From positions 245,453 to 309,452 of the forward strand of contig CP129476.1 in NCBI GenBank assembly GCA_030583805.1: a DNA stretch of 64,000 nt, read 5' to 3'. Below are positions 33,297 to 44,900 of this stretch, one piece after another. The notes beneath the pieces are model-generated. The model had not been told where the DNA came from. It did no database searches and worked only from the letters and a program-made list of their open reading frames with translations. The DNA is from Patescibacteria group bacterium. Lineage in GTDB: Bacteria > Patescibacteriota > Patescibacteriia > SG8-24 > DYFX01. Each line of letters starts with the position of its first letter. The stretch's first letter is position 1. The position numbers and the translations under genes were made by a program.

Positions 33297-34050
33297 ACGC
33301 GTTCACCACCGGTTGACCGAAGAAAAGAGCGAGGACCGTCGCCGCGCTGAGAAAGGTGCCGAAGGCCATCTGCCCCGACCACTTGGCCTTTCCCGCCGCC
33401 AACAGACTGAGCGCGACCAGCGCGCCGCCGATATAAGCCGCGAACAGCGCCAAAAGCACATGTGGGAAGCCGAGCATCATGCCCATCATCGCGCCGATGC
33501 GGATATCGCCCCCGCCGATCCAACGACCGCGCGAGATCGCATACTGCAGAAGGAAAAAACCGCCGCCGATCGCCGCCGCGCCGAGAAGGCTGAGCGGTTT
33601 GGCGCCGAGAGCGACATTGGCAAGAAACGCGATCGCCGCCGCCGGAAGCGTCACGGAATCAAACACGACCATGTCTCGCAAATCCACGACGAATACGACC
33701 GTGAGGACGGAGATGAAGAACCAATCGCGCAAAAGCACCAGGAGCGTTCCCGATCCGTCCGGACCGAGGAGTGGAGCGCGGAGCACGTATGCCAGCAAAA
33801 ACAGCGCCGCGGTTGAAAACTCAACGGCCGGATATTGCCAGGAAATCGGTTTTTTGCACGAACGGCACTTGCCGCGTAACAGTAGAAAACTGACGAGCGG
33901 CACGAGCTCGCTCGGCCGCAGTATCGTACGGCATTCAGGGCAGTGGGAACGCGAACGCCAGCCCGTCTCGCCGGAACGCAGCCGCCCAATGACGACATTC
34001 AAAAAACTGCCGATTGCGAGTCCAAGGAGTACAACGAGAAAAGCGGTCAT
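33274..34050 (-). CDS. pilD: prepilin peptidase (A24 family)
   Basis: Polytopic membrane protein with zinc-binding CPECRT...CRSCKK and conserved Asp-containing loops. Confidence 0.8.
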   Translation of the reverse strand: MTAFLVVLLGLAIGSFLNVVIGRLRSGETGWRSRSHCPECRTILRPSELVPLVSFLLLRGKCRSCKKPISWQYPAVEFSTAALFLLAYVLRAPLLGPDGSGTLLVLLRDWFFISVLTVVFVVDLRDMVVFDSVTLPAAAIAFLANVALGAKPLSLLGAAAIGGGFFLLQYAISRGRWIGGGDIRIGAMMGMMLGFPHVLLALFAAYIGGALVALSLLAAGKAKWSGQMAFGTFLSAATVLALFFGQPVVNAYASLLGY

Positions 34051-34056
34051 AGAAGC

Positions 34057-34602
34057 TTACAGGCAGGTTCCGTTTCTGAGTCCTGATTGAGTCGCAATAA
34101 TGGCGCCGGCAGAAAGCCCGCTTGAACCGACGCCGCTCTCCAATGTTGCTTGGAGGCAGTAGCCGTTGCACGGAGCGGTCGCGCAGGACGCACCCAAGGC
34201 ATCCGTACTTTGGTACATGTAGCTCGTGCCTCCGGGCGAAGGGTTCGCCGGCACAAGCCCCATGAAGACACGGTTCGCATCGCAGTTCGCCGGCGTCTGG
34301 TCCGGCTTGAAACCCGTCGCGCCCGCACGTTCGCACAAGACGTCCGTCGTAGCCGTCCCGATGACGATCGGCGCCCCGGCGAGCGGATAGCCGGAACCCG
34401 GTTCATAAGAAAGATCCAGCGCCTTTTTGATCTGTGCCAAATCCGATGCGCGTTTCGTGTCTCGCGACCTCGCGCGCGAACTGCCCAAGCTCACGATGGC
34501 GATCATGGCCAAAAGCCCGATAACCGCGATCACGATAAGCAGCTCGACCAACGTGAAGCCGCGATACGGAGAGTTCGGCGCCATAGAAAAACTAGTGGAC
34601 AA
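34057..34602 (-). CDS. type IV pilin
   Basis: RGFTLVELLIVIAVIGLLAMIAIVSL prepilin N-terminus. C-terminal disulfide-bonded D-region. Confidence 0.75.
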   Translation of the reverse strand: MSTSFSMAPNSPYRGFTLVELLIVIAVIGLLAMIAIVSLGSSRARSRDTKRASDLAQIKKALDLSYEPGSGYPLAGAPIVIGTATTDVLCERAGATGFKPDQTPANCDANRVFMGLVPANPSPGGTSYMYQSTDALGASCATAPCNGYCLQATLESGVGSSGLSAGAIIATQSGLRNGTCL

Positions 34603-34672
34603 CGCTCACAGTATAGCATACGCAGGAACAAAAACCGCCCAGCAAAGCTGGGCGGTTTCGTGACATCCGAGC

Positions 34673-35152
<480 letters not shown>

Positions 35153-35206
35153 AGACGAAACGAAAACAAGTCTTAAAAACTTAATTATCCACAGTCTAGC
35201 ACATTT

Positions 35207-35596
35207 TTATTGAGAGCACGAGAGCCCCGTGCGCTCCGCTGTGCAAGAACCGCCGGCAAGCGCCCCGAGCTGGCCTTCCAGGGCGAACTGCAGGCGATAA
35301 TTTTGGCACGGCGTGGCCGAAACGGATCCACAGCCGGACGGCTCGGGGGCGTATCCGAGCGCATCAGCGAGATCGGCGTCGTCGGAGCGCAGGAGATCGG
35401 TACGCTCGGGGTACGAGGCCGTCCGTGCGCGATAGGCCTCGAGCGCCGCTTGCGTTTGCCGGACCAGCGAAACGACGCTCGCGTCACGCGAACGACGCCG
35501 CGTATCGAGCACGCCCAAAACCATCGGCACAGCCAAGACGAGCACGAGGCCTCCGGCAATCAATCCTTCGACGAGCGTGATGCCTTTGGTCTTCAC
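35207..35596 (-). CDS. pilin-like protein
   Basis: KGITLVEGLIAGGLVLVLA prepilin-like N-terminus. Confidence 0.55.
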   Translation of the reverse strand: MKTKGITLVEGLIAGGLVLVLAVPMVLGVLDTRRRSRDASVVSLVRQTQAALEAYRARTASYPERTDLLRSDDADLADALGYAPEPSGCGSVSATPCQNYRLQFALEGQLGALAGGSCTAERTGLSCSQ

Positions 35597-36801
35597 ATCT
35601 GCTGGGCTAGCGTATACATCGGCAAGATGATTGCGGCGACCAGGCTGCCGACCGCAAGACCCATGATCACCATGATGATCGGCTCGATCGCCGTCGACAA
35701 GTTGGCGACCGACGCGTTGATCTCGCGCGTATAAAATTCCGTAAGCCGCGCTAAGACCTGCTGCAATCTTCCCGTTTCTTCGCCGACGGCAATCATCTGC
35801 GTGACCATGTCAGGGATTTCCTTCCGATTCTTCCACACGGTCGTCATGGAGTTACCCGCAGCGACTTCCTGCACGGTTTTTACGAGACCCTCGCGGTACG
35901 TTTCGTTTCCGACAACGCCTGACACCACCTTGAGGCTCGTGACCATATCGACGCCGCCGCCGATCAAGGTCGCAAGGCTGTGCGTGATACGCGTAATGTA
36001 AATTCGGCGGAAGAGCGGCCCGAAAATCGGAACGTGGAGGATCAGGTAATCGATCTTTCTCTTCCCGGCCGGCGTGTGGTATGCGGCGCGGATGCCGAAG
36101 AACAACGCGAGGACGCCGCCGATGACGAGGTACCAGAAGTTTTTAAAGAAGTCGCTGACGCCGATCAGCATGCGCGTCGTGAGCGGCAGCGTGGCGCCGC
36201 TCTCTCGAAGCACGTCCGTCAATTTCGGCACGACGAAAATCATCATGATCGTACCGACCAGGAAAAGCATGGCCATCACGAACGCGGGATACGTCATGGC
36301 GCCCCTGACGCGCTGGCGCAAATCGTAGTCTTTTTCCTCTTGATCGGCCAAATACTGAAGCACTTCATCAAGCTTGCCGGACGTTTCGCCCGAGCGCACC
36401 AGGTTCACGTAAAACGTGTCGAAGACGTGCGGGTATTTGTTGAACGCGTCGGACAGGCGCACGCCACCTTCAACTTCGTTCGCGACGTCAAGCACCATTT
36501 CATGCAGCTTGGGACTCGCGGTCTGGCGCGCGGCCGTTCGCAGTGCACGGACAATCGACACCGAAGCGCTGATCATGACCGAAAGCTGTCGCGAAAAGAC
36601 GACGATATCCTTCGCCGTCACGCGCCTAAACAGCGTAAATTGGCGCGTTGCGAGCGTCGGCGCGTCGCGTTCCGTGAGCGAGAGGGTGTGATACCCGTGC
36701 TCACGCAAAACATCGGCGGCCTGCGCCTCGTTTTCAGCCTCGACGGCACCCTCCAAAACGGTGCCGCGCGAATCTTTTACTTTGTAGCTATAAATCGGCA
36801 T
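35593..36801 (-). CDS. pilC: type IV pilus assembly platform protein PilC (GspF family)
   Basis: Two GspF repeats, three TM segments, about 400 aa. Confidence 0.85.
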   Translation of the reverse strand: MPIYSYKVKDSRGTVLEGAVEAENEAQAADVLREHGYHTLSLTERDAPTLATRQFTLFRRVTAKDIVVFSRQLSVMISASVSIVRALRTAARQTASPKLHEMVLDVANEVEGGVRLSDAFNKYPHVFDTFYVNLVRSGETSGKLDEVLQYLADQEEKDYDLRQRVRGAMTYPAFVMAMLFLVGTIMMIFVVPKLTDVLRESGATLPLTTRMLIGVSDFFKNFWYLVIGGVLALFFGIRAAYHTPAGKRKIDYLILHVPIFGPLFRRIYITRITHSLATLIGGGVDMVTSLKVVSGVVGNETYREGLVKTVQEVAAGNSMTTVWKNRKEIPDMVTQMIAVGEETGRLQQVLARLTEFYTREINASVANLSTAIEPIIMVIMGLAVGSLVAAIILPMYTLAQQM

Positions 36802-36805
36802 GCAG

Positions 36806-37177
36806 TCAGTTCAGCCCCAGAAGATCTCGCAAAGTCCGCGCCACGTCGTCGGCGACCAGGTGTGTCTTCACAAGATAGGTGCGCGCTCCTGTTCGCAGGC
36901 ACCGCTCCGCCTCCTCGGCGCACGGACGTTCCGCAAGCACGACGACGGGGACACGCACGAATTCAGGCGCGCGCTTCAGTCGATCAAGCAGCGACGCGTG
37001 TTCCGCGCCGAGCAGGATCGTATCGGGCCGTTCGCGCAGCGCGGTCTCGAATCCCCGATCGCTGCCGCCCTCGCACACGACGGAAAACCCCTCCGCCTCG
37101 AGGCGGCTGGCGCACGCGCTCGCGAAGAACGCGTCGGCGTCGATCAGCAACACGCGGACGGAGCCTTGAACAAGCAT
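36806..37177 (-). CDS. single-domain response-regulator receiver (REC) protein
   Basis: CheY-like fold (VRVLLIDAD...DTILLG...YLVKT). Sits between pilB and pilC. Confidence 0.55.
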   Translation of the reverse strand: MLVQGSVRVLLIDADAFFASACASRLEAEGFSVVCEGGSDRGFETALRERPDTILLGAEHASLLDRLKRAPEFVRVPVVVLAERPCAEEAERCLRTGARTYLVKTHLVADDVARTLRDLLGLN

Positions 37178-37182
37178 ACCAC

Positions 37183-38928
37183 CTATTCGCGCGCGAGGCG
37201 CAGCACTTCATCGACTGTCGTCGTTCCTTCAAGAACTTTGAGTACGGCGTCTTGCCGCATCGTGATCCAGCCTTGTTTTTTCACCTCTTCCTTGACCTGC
37301 GGGATCGGGAAGCCGCTGTTCATGAGGCGCTGGATTTCAGGCGTGACGCCGATCATCTCGGCAATCACCGTACGGCCGGCGTAGCCCGTATCGCTGCAGC
37401 GCGGGCAACCCGCGCCTTTTTGGAACGGCAACGGGCCGTCGAGCGTGATGCCCGGCGGATAATAGGCGGCGGGAATTTCCTTCAAACTGTCGCGGATCAT
37501 CTGCTGCAAATTCTCCGGCACGTCCGCGGGTCCCTTGCAGTGTTCGCAGATCTTGCGCGCCAAGCGTTGCGCGATCAGCAGGTTCAGCGTGGCGGAAAGC
37601 AAGAACGGCTCGACGCCGAGGTCGATCAGGCGCGGTACCACGCCGATCGCGTCGTTCGTGTGGATCGTGGTCAAAATCAAGTGGCCGGTCAGCGCGGCGT
37701 GCACGGCGAGCTCGCCCGTTTCCTGGTCGCGGATTTCGCCGACCATGATGACGTTCGGGTCCTGGCGCAGGAGCGCGCGGAGGCCGTTCGCGAAACTGAA
37801 ATTGATCTCGGGGCGGATTTGCGACTGGTTGACGCCCGGCAAGAAATATTCGACAGGATCCTCGAGTGTCGAGATGTTGACGCCCTCGTCGTTGATCATG
37901 CTGAGCATCGTAAGCAGCGTCGTCGATTTTCCCGAACCGGTCGGTCCGGTGATCAGCACCATGCCGTGCGGTTTTTTCACCTCTTGCGCGAGCACGTCGC
38001 GGTACTTGTCACGGAAACCGAGCTGCTCGAGCGAAGGTACGCCGGTAGACGTGTCGAGAACACGCATAACAACTTTCTCGTTATCAACGACCGGCAGCGT
38101 GGAAATGCGGAAGTCGATCGCCTTCCCGTTGATCACCTGGGTGATGCGTCCATCCTGCGGGACGCGCGTTTCATCCAATTTCAAGTTGGCCAGCACTTTG
38201 ACGCGCGAGATGACCGAGGAGTGCAGGTAGTTCGGAAGCGTCAGCAACGTGCGCAACACGCCGTCGACGCGGTAACGAACGCGCGTTTCCTTTCCTCGAG
38301 GTTCGATGTGGATGTCGGAGGCTTTCGCTTCGACCGCATAGCGCATGATCACCGAAACGATGCGGGAAACCGGCGCCCCCTTGATAACCTCTTCAATGCG
38401 CGCTTCTTCACCCGGACGCTCTTCTTCCGGCAAACGTTCCTCCTGCGCGGATTCAAGCGCGGTCGCGACTTCTTTCTTCAGCGTGCCGTACTGCTTCAAG
38501 GCGAGCTGAAACGAGCTCGGCGTCGTCACGGCCGGGGCCGCCGTCAGGTTTCGTTCTGCCAACAGGAAGCCGAAGGCTTCGACTGCAGCCGCATTCAACG
38601 GATCGACATACGCGATTTTAAGCGTCGTGCCGTCCAAATCGTAGGCAACGGCTTGGTACGTTTCCGCAACGGACTTCGGAATAATGTTCAGCGCCTCGGG
38701 ATTGAGCTCCATGCCGAGCAGATCGACATATGCCATGCCGAGCGCCTCGGCTTTGGCGCGGGCGATATCCTCTTCCGTGACCAACTTGCGCTCAAGCAGC
38801 GTCCTTTCAAGCGCATCGACTTCCAGGGACGCAAACTCCGTGGACAAGGCCACGAAATCCTCTTGCGAAATTTTTCCTTGGCCTGCCAGGAGTTCCAGGA
38901 GGCCTTTCGAATTCATGTAGCCGGCCAT
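37183..38928 (-). CDS. pilB: type IV pilus assembly ATPase PilB (GspE family)
   Basis: N-terminal GSPII_E N domain. Walker A LITGPTGSGKSTTL, Asp/His boxes, tetracysteine (CEHC...CPRC). Confidence 0.9.
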   Translation of the reverse strand: MAGYMNSKGLLELLAGQGKISQEDFVALSTEFASLEVDALERTLLERKLVTEEDIARAKAEALGMAYVDLLGMELNPEALNIIPKSVAETYQAVAYDLDGTTLKIAYVDPLNAAAVEAFGFLLAERNLTAAPAVTTPSSFQLALKQYGTLKKEVATALESAQEERLPEEERPGEEARIEEVIKGAPVSRIVSVIMRYAVEAKASDIHIEPRGKETRVRYRVDGVLRTLLTLPNYLHSSVISRVKVLANLKLDETRVPQDGRITQVINGKAIDFRISTLPVVDNEKVVMRVLDTSTGVPSLEQLGFRDKYRDVLAQEVKKPHGMVLITGPTGSGKSTTLLTMLSMINDEGVNISTLEDPVEYFLPGVNQSQIRPEINFSFANGLRALLRQDPNVIMVGEIRDQETGELAVHAALTGHLILTTIHTNDAIGVVPRLIDLGVEPFLLSATLNLLIAQRLARKICEHCKGPADVPENLQQMIRDSLKEIPAAYYPPGITLDGPLPFQKGAGCPRCSDTGYAGRTVIAEMIGVTPEIQRLMNSGFPIPQVKEEVKKQGWITMRQDAVLKVLEGTTTVDEVLRLARE

Positions 38929-38934
38929 GCGAAA

Positions 38935-39192
38935 TCAATAGGGTGCAAAAGGGTTTTCACGGCCCATCCGGCCCGGCACGATCGGGAGATCGACGCGCAA
39001 TTCCAGACGCCGATATTCAGGCCGCTCCGTCAGATCGTTCGGGATGCGCGTATCAACCTTGGGCGGGATGTAAGCCGGAGCTTCGGACACGACCGGCGGC
39101 TTGAAAACGAAGAGCGCGAGCACCACCACGATCGCGGCGATCAGGATGATGAGTACGATCAGGAGGATTTTCTGTCGATCAAGCTTCGGCAT
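38935..39192 (-). CDS. small membrane protein (PilP-like position)
   Basis: 85 aa with a single TM helix, downstream of pilO. Confidence 0.4.
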   Translation of the reverse strand: MPKLDRQKILLIVLIILIAAIVVVLALFVFKPPVVSEAPAYIPPKVDTRIPNDLTERPEYRRLELRVDLPIVPGRMGRENPFAPY

Positions 39193-39193
39193 A

Positions 39194-39760
39194 TCAAATG
39201 GCTTTCTTCCAAACGTAGGCGCGAAGCGTCAACGTATAACTCGCTCCCGCAGGATTGATGTTCGCGCTGCGCACGTCGAACAAGCGCAGGTTGTCCTGGA
39301 GCGATGACAGGAACAGCTTGAAACGTTCGTAGCTGCCGTGTTGGACGGAGATGGAAATAGCAAGCGCGCCGACGTTCGATACGTCAATGCCGGTCATGTC
39401 GGCAGCGGCGAAGTTCACCGCCGTCAGCTGCAGATCGCTGGCGCGGGCGGCCGCTTCAAGCATTGCGAGGATGCCGGGAACGTCGTCCTCGTGCGGAATC
39501 ATGGTGCGCGCCCGTTCGATATCTTCGAGCGCGTAATTGCTGTACTCGAGAGCCAGCGCATCAAGCTGCTTCAGATACGCCTCCTTCGACGTGCGTTCCT
39601 GATTGAGAACCGCGATACGGTCCGCCTGACGAATACGAGCGACCTGATGACGGAAAACGAATGCGTACCCCAGAAGCAGCAACAGCGCGCAAACGCCAAG
39701 ACTGGACCAGACGAGATGTCGGGCGATCCAGACCATGGGAGTGCTGCGGGAGAAGGACAT
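39194..39760 (-). CDS. pilO: type IV pilus assembly protein PilO-like
   Basis: Single TM helix, coiled coil, periplasmic domain. Operon position after pilN. Confidence 0.6.
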   Translation of the reverse strand: MSFSRSTPMVWIARHLVWSSLGVCALLLLLGYAFVFRHQVARIRQADRIAVLNQERTSKEAYLKQLDALALEYSNYALEDIERARTMIPHEDDVPGILAMLEAAARASDLQLTAVNFAAADMTGIDVSNVGALAISISVQHGSYERFKLFLSSLQDNLRLFDVRSANINPAGASYTLTLRAYVWKKAI

Positions 39761-39763
39761 ACG

Positions 39764-40819
39764 CTATGGCGTGGTTGGAACCGAGGGTGCTGACGCGGTT
39801 TGCGGCTTGTAACGGAAAATCGACGGATCGATCTCGAGCGACATGGAAGCGCGCACGCCTTGAAGAAGATCGTTCTCGCCGATATCAGCCGAGGCTGTTC
39901 CGACGCTGACTTTGCGCACGCGCGCGTCTTGCCGGAACGCGACGATCTGCTTCGCGAGCGTCGTATAGTCGCGCGCCTTGATTTCAAAGCCGAGCGTGCC
40001 GGTTTCAGCGCCCGCAAGGCTTCCAAACTGCACGTCCGGAAGCGCCCGCTCTTCAAGCAGCTTCAACACTTCCGTCCAGTGCGCGTGCGCGTCGAGCACT
40101 CGTGCGGCGGCGCGGGTGAGCGCCTGAAAATCACGCACTGGCGTGAGCTCGGCGTCGCGCGCCGCGATGCGCGCATCGACATCTTGCACGGCTTGGGCAG
40201 CCTCTTGGTTTTTCTTCTCAACCGAAAGTTTTCGCCAATGCAAACCGCCGAAAATCAAAGCATCCACCAGCAAGCCGATAAGGCCGATGATGACGAACGT
40301 GCGCTGACGATGGCGAAGCGCCAGGTCGGACAGTCCAGCCCCTCCATTCGCCGTGATGAGGCTGACACGGAGCGTCCCTCCCTCCTTCCCGCCATCATCC
40401 TGAGGCGGCGGCGGGGGCGCAGGCGGTTTTTTAGGAGGGCCTGGAGGTGACGGTGGCGGCGGGGGCGGGGGCGGGGGCGGAGCAACGGCCTTGATGACCG
40501 GAGGCGGCATCGGCTTAGGTTGCGGAAGCTTGGGAAGCGGGTTTTCGATTTTCTTTGGAGGAACGGCCGTGGCCGGATTCGGCTCTATTTTTTGACTGAA
40601 CAACTTTTCCGTCGGCACGCTCGATTGCTCCTTATCGATGAGTTGCGCCAAAAACGTGCCTCCCAATGAAGGGGCGGCCTGCTTTTCAGGCGGTTCCTGA
40701 GAAGGCACGTGCAGCGTCAAATCCTCGTTGCCAGCTGCCGGCGGACGTTTGGCTTTGCCGTCGCGTGCCGCATCATCGTTTGCGAGCAAATTGATATCGC
40801 TCATATCAATCAATGTCAC
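39764..40819 (-). CDS. pilN: PilN-like protein with long proline-rich N-terminal extension
   Basis: A poly-Pro tract (PPPPPPPPPPSPPGPPKKPPAPPPPP), then a TM helix and a PilN-type coiled-coil/periplasmic domain. Confidence 0.55.
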   Translation of the reverse strand: MTLIDMSDINLLANDDAARDGKAKRPPAAGNEDLTLHVPSQEPPEKQAAPSLGGTFLAQLIDKEQSSVPTEKLFSQKIEPNPATAVPPKKIENPLPKLPQPKPMPPPVIKAVAPPPPPPPPPPSPPGPPKKPPAPPPPPQDDGGKEGGTLRVSLITANGGAGLSDLALRHRQRTFVIIGLIGLLVDALIFGGLHWRKLSVEKKNQEAAQAVQDVDARIAARDAELTPVRDFQALTRAAARVLDAHAHWTEVLKLLEERALPDVQFGSLAGAETGTLGFEIKARDYTTLAKQIVAFRQDARVRKVSVGTASADIGENDLLQGVRASMSLEIDPSIFRYKPQTASAPSVPTTP

Positions 40820-41864
40820 GCATTGCCAAACCTATGGCCGCGCCGAAACGCGGTCCGATCTGGTTTAAAACGGGACGGAGCGCTTCCGGATACACCACGC
40901 GCGCCCAAGGGTCGCCGACATAGGCTCTCAAATTCATCGCCTTTGAGATGTGCTCGGAGAGCCGCGGCAAGAGCGCGCCGCCGCCCGTCAAAATAATCTT
41001 GTCGATGCGCTTGTCCTGATTCGCCTTTTGACCCAAGAACAAGTTGGTCGAATACGTCAGCTCGCTCAGGATCGGCGAAAGTGCTTTTTCAAACGCTTTG
41101 GGAAAACCGCCATCGTACATCGACGCCATGGCCGCGGCGTCAATCTTCATGCTCTCGGCTTGCTCTTCAGACAATCCGAGCGCCGCCACCATTTCCTTGG
41201 TCACGTCGACGCCGCCGCGTGCCACGCTTCGGCTCACGAACGGGATGCCGTTCTCGACAATCAAGATGTTCGTGCGGATCGTACCGATGTCGAGCAGCAA
41301 GGTTGGCGAACGGTCGCGTCCGATCAAGGCGCGGATCATCGCCAGCGCTTCCGTTTCAAGACTGAGCAATTCCAAACCGGCCGCGTTAAAGATATCGACG
41401 TATTTTTTGATCAGCGTCTTGGCCGCGCCCGTGAGCAGGACTTGGACGTACTTTTCATCCGCGGCCGCGCCCGGAACCGCGATCGGTTTCCAATCGACCG
41501 TCATTTCCTCGAGCGGCAGCGGGATGAGTTTCTTCGCTTGCCAGTTGACGGCCTCCTTCAGATCTTCCGCCTTCGCGGTTTTCTGCACGCTGATGATCGA
41601 ACTGAAAACCGAGGCGATCGGGAGAGCGGAAATCGCGCGCTTCGTCGTCGTTTTCGACTTCTTCAGCATCTTCTTCAACAGCTCCACGGTCCTGCCGGGG
41701 TTGTCGAGGTAGTTCTCTTGCGATTCGCCGGGCGCGCGTTCAACAAAGGCGTACGTCACGAGACGCGCACGCCCTTTTTCGTTCATCAACTCGACGAGCT
41801 TGATACCGCCCGCTCCGAAGTCGACGCCGAGATAGCTGGGTTTCGATTGACCGAACAACGCCAT
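40806..41864 (-). CDS. pilM: type IV pilus assembly protein PilM
   Basis: Actin-like ATPase fold (LGVDFGAGGIKLVEL...DIGTIRTNILIV). Confidence 0.85.
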   Translation of the reverse strand: MALFGQSKPSYLGVDFGAGGIKLVELMNEKGRARLVTYAFVERAPGESQENYLDNPGRTVELLKKMLKKSKTTTKRAISALPIASVFSSIISVQKTAKAEDLKEAVNWQAKKLIPLPLEEMTVDWKPIAVPGAAADEKYVQVLLTGAAKTLIKKYVDIFNAAGLELLSLETEALAMIRALIGRDRSPTLLLDIGTIRTNILIVENGIPFVSRSVARGGVDVTKEMVAALGLSEEQAESMKIDAAAMASMYDGGFPKAFEKALSPILSELTYSTNLFLGQKANQDKRIDKIILTGGGALLPRLSEHISKAMNLRAYVGDPWARVVYPEALRPVLNQIGPRFGAAIGLAMRDID

Positions 41865-41919
41865 AGCCTCCTCGAGTAATTGGTTCCGGTTTAGTATACC
41901 ACACTCCCCTTATCCCGCC

Positions 41920-44900
41920 TTATTGCCCCGGCACGGAACGGAAGCCTGGAAGGGAGCGCGTGGCATCGGAGAGCCCCGGTGGCGGGTTCAAGATGACGCG
42001 CGCATCGAATGTTACGCGCTCTGACCCCGTCGTACGTGAGGAAAACTGCCGTTCTAAGCTGAAGTTCTTGGCCACGAAGATGCCGGTCGCGTCGAGTTGC
42101 GAAGTGCCGTTGCCGGTCGAGATCGTCTCTTCCGCAAAGAACGCGCCGACGATGTTGTTCACAGCTCCGTTCACGATGACGTTACCGCCGCCGACGCCGG
42201 AGTCGTTCTTCAGCACGACCCAGCCGACCGAGGCAAGATTCTTCAAGTCGCTTTCATTGCGATCCTGATAGCCGAGCTCGGCGTTGATCGTCAGGTCGCC
42301 TTTCACGATAACCAATCCGTTCGCGCGCGCGGCGCCGCTTGAGTTTTGGAACGTGATCGGCGCGTTGATCGTCAATCCCGACGGGAAATAGTAGACGCCG
42401 CCTGCGAGCTGGTTCGGCACGGTGCTCGGCGACGCGAGCGCGCCATATTTCCCGTTCAGGATACCGTTCACATCGATCGCTCCGAACGATCCGACGTAGT
42501 TCGCTTCACGCCGCGGCTGGACGTACGAAGGGCTCCCGGACAGGCTGCAGCCGCGCTCACTCGTGAAGTTCGTGATCACGCCTCCGGACTGCAGGCAGAA
42601 CGTCGCGTTATAGATCGGGGGAGCTTCGCCGGCTTGCAAGTCGCCAGCGGAATAGATCTGACCCGAGAGCGTTTCAACGAACGGGTCAACGAGCGCTTTG
42701 CAGGAACCCGACAAGCAGTCGCCGTTCGAGAAACAGCAGTTGCCTTCGTCCGTGCCGCCGTCGCACTGGCCCCAGTCGAGGCTGCAGACGCCGACCGAGA
42801 GCGTGTTCGGCGGCTGGCAATCCGCGTCCGCGGAACAGTTCACCGTACACATCGGATGATCGACGACGATGCAAAGATCGGGCGCCGTGCAATCATCGTC
42901 CGTCGCGCAGGCTCCGCCAGGCGTCGGGTCATCCGGCGTCGAACCGCAGTATTTGTACTTGCAACGGCCGACCGCGCTCGCTTCGCATGAATCTCCGACA
43001 CCGTTCGCGTTCGTGTCGCTTTGATTCGGGTTGTAGTAGTTGATGCAGTTGTCGCAGGCCCGCGGCTGCGGAAGGCCGAAATACGTCGGCGTAGGAGGCG
43101 ACGCATAGCCGTTCGGCGTATAGCGTCCTTCCGGAGCGCCGTCATGATCGAAGTCCGCGTCCTTGCACGCGCCGATGCCGAGATCGCCGAGGTCGCACTT
43201 CAGGAAGGCTTGCGCGTTCGAGCGCACCACGTCGCCGCTCGAGTCCGTGCCTTCCACGAAAATCCAATAGCGTCCCGGCGCAAGTCCGGCCGGAACGTTA
43301 TAGACGCCCTGGCAGGTCATCGTATTGCCGATGACGGTCGGCGTCATCGCTACCGTAACCGCTTCGCCGCCGACCCAGTTTTGGTCGTAGACGAACACGC
43401 GGCAGGCGGAAGCGAACGTGCTGAGCGTATCGGTACGGAACTGCGTATTGAGGTTCACCGCGTCGTTGCTGCGATAGGTATGCACGACCGCGCCGTTGAT
43501 GTCGTTGCCAAGTACCAGGTTCTGGGCGACGGAAGGCACGACGTTGATGTTGATCGTCTGCGTCGTGCTCGTCGCGCTCTTATTGGACGCGCCGTCGACC
43601 GCCGCCGTTTCAATTTCGAACGCAGGGCTGTCGTTCACGAACGGTCCGGCCGTCACCATGCAGTTGCCGTCGCCGGAACTCTGCGCTCCGCCATCCAAGC
43701 TGAAATCGCAACGGCAGATGCCGGACGGATCGTTGTTCGGAACGGCCTGGAAACGCACGCTTGCGCCGACGGGAACGTCGACTTTTCCGGAAACGATCCC
43801 TTCGATTTCAACCGCCGGGACAGGCAGCGTCGGCGGCGTATTTTCGTAGACGCGCGTCGACAGCGTCATGTCGCCGAACTCGGCGACGCCCGCATGGTTT
43901 GCGACATAGGAGACGATAAAATCTTCCGGTCCGAGCGGTACGGCCGATGTCGAGGTACAGATCAACGACACGTCGAAATCGGTCACGGTCTCTCCCGAGA
44001 TTTCGTTGATGATGCCGACGGAGGGGTACGGGCTCGTGTACTGCAATTGCGCGGCGCCCGTGCCGGAAAGCGCGCAGTTTGCCGTACCCGCATCGAACGG
44101 AAAAGCGTTCGCGGGATTTACCGCGTCGCCGATAACGATCGTGAGCGACGTAAATGCTCCTGAACCGGTAAAACGAATCTCGTACGGCGCGTTCACGTAC
44201 AAGCGATCGCGATGCGAAACGTTCAGGCTTCCGCCCGGCACGACCGGCGTCAACGTCGTCATGTGAGGAATGTCGGGGCAGCTTGCCGCCAGCGTCCAGC
44301 CTCCCCCGCCCGGCCTGCGCGCGCACTGCACGGCGTCCTGGCAAGCCGTATCGAAACAATCCGTACCTCCGTCGGAATCATTGTCCGCTCCGTCGTGGCA
44401 GGTGACCGCGCCGGATTCCGCGCCGCAGAAATACGGTATGACGCCCGAAGAACCGATCGTGGGGCCGTGGCGCTGCGCCGGCGTCGTGCATCCGGTATCG
44501 CTGCAGTCGACCTGACCGTCCGCGTCGTTATCGAGTCCATCGCCGCAAAAATTCGCGGAATTTTCGGTAGCCGTGCAAACGGCGGCGTCCGTTTCGGTCA
44601 ACGCGTATCTCGCGGGCGCCCCGCACGTCGCGTTCAAGCAGCCGGCGCGGCCGAGTTTCACGCCGGTCCGGCATTGCACGTCGGCGCAGTCGATTGCCGT
44701 ATCAAGATCGTTATCGAGGCTGTCGGAGCACGACAGGAACGTGTAATCCTCCGTCGCCGGAGAAGGTCCGCATTCGCCGAACACGTTTCGGCAGTCGGGA
44801 TCGAGCGCATCCATGAGCGCGTCGCCGTCGTTGTCGATGCCATCGCTGCAAAAATTGAAATAGTACACGGGCAACGGGTCGCCCGTACCGAGCGGACTCG

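Noticed and set aside
35980-39258. 1092-aa plus-strand ORF
   Set aside because: Antisense to pilC, the REC gene and pilB. It has an Arg-rich composition and no motif. It is a GC-rich artefact.
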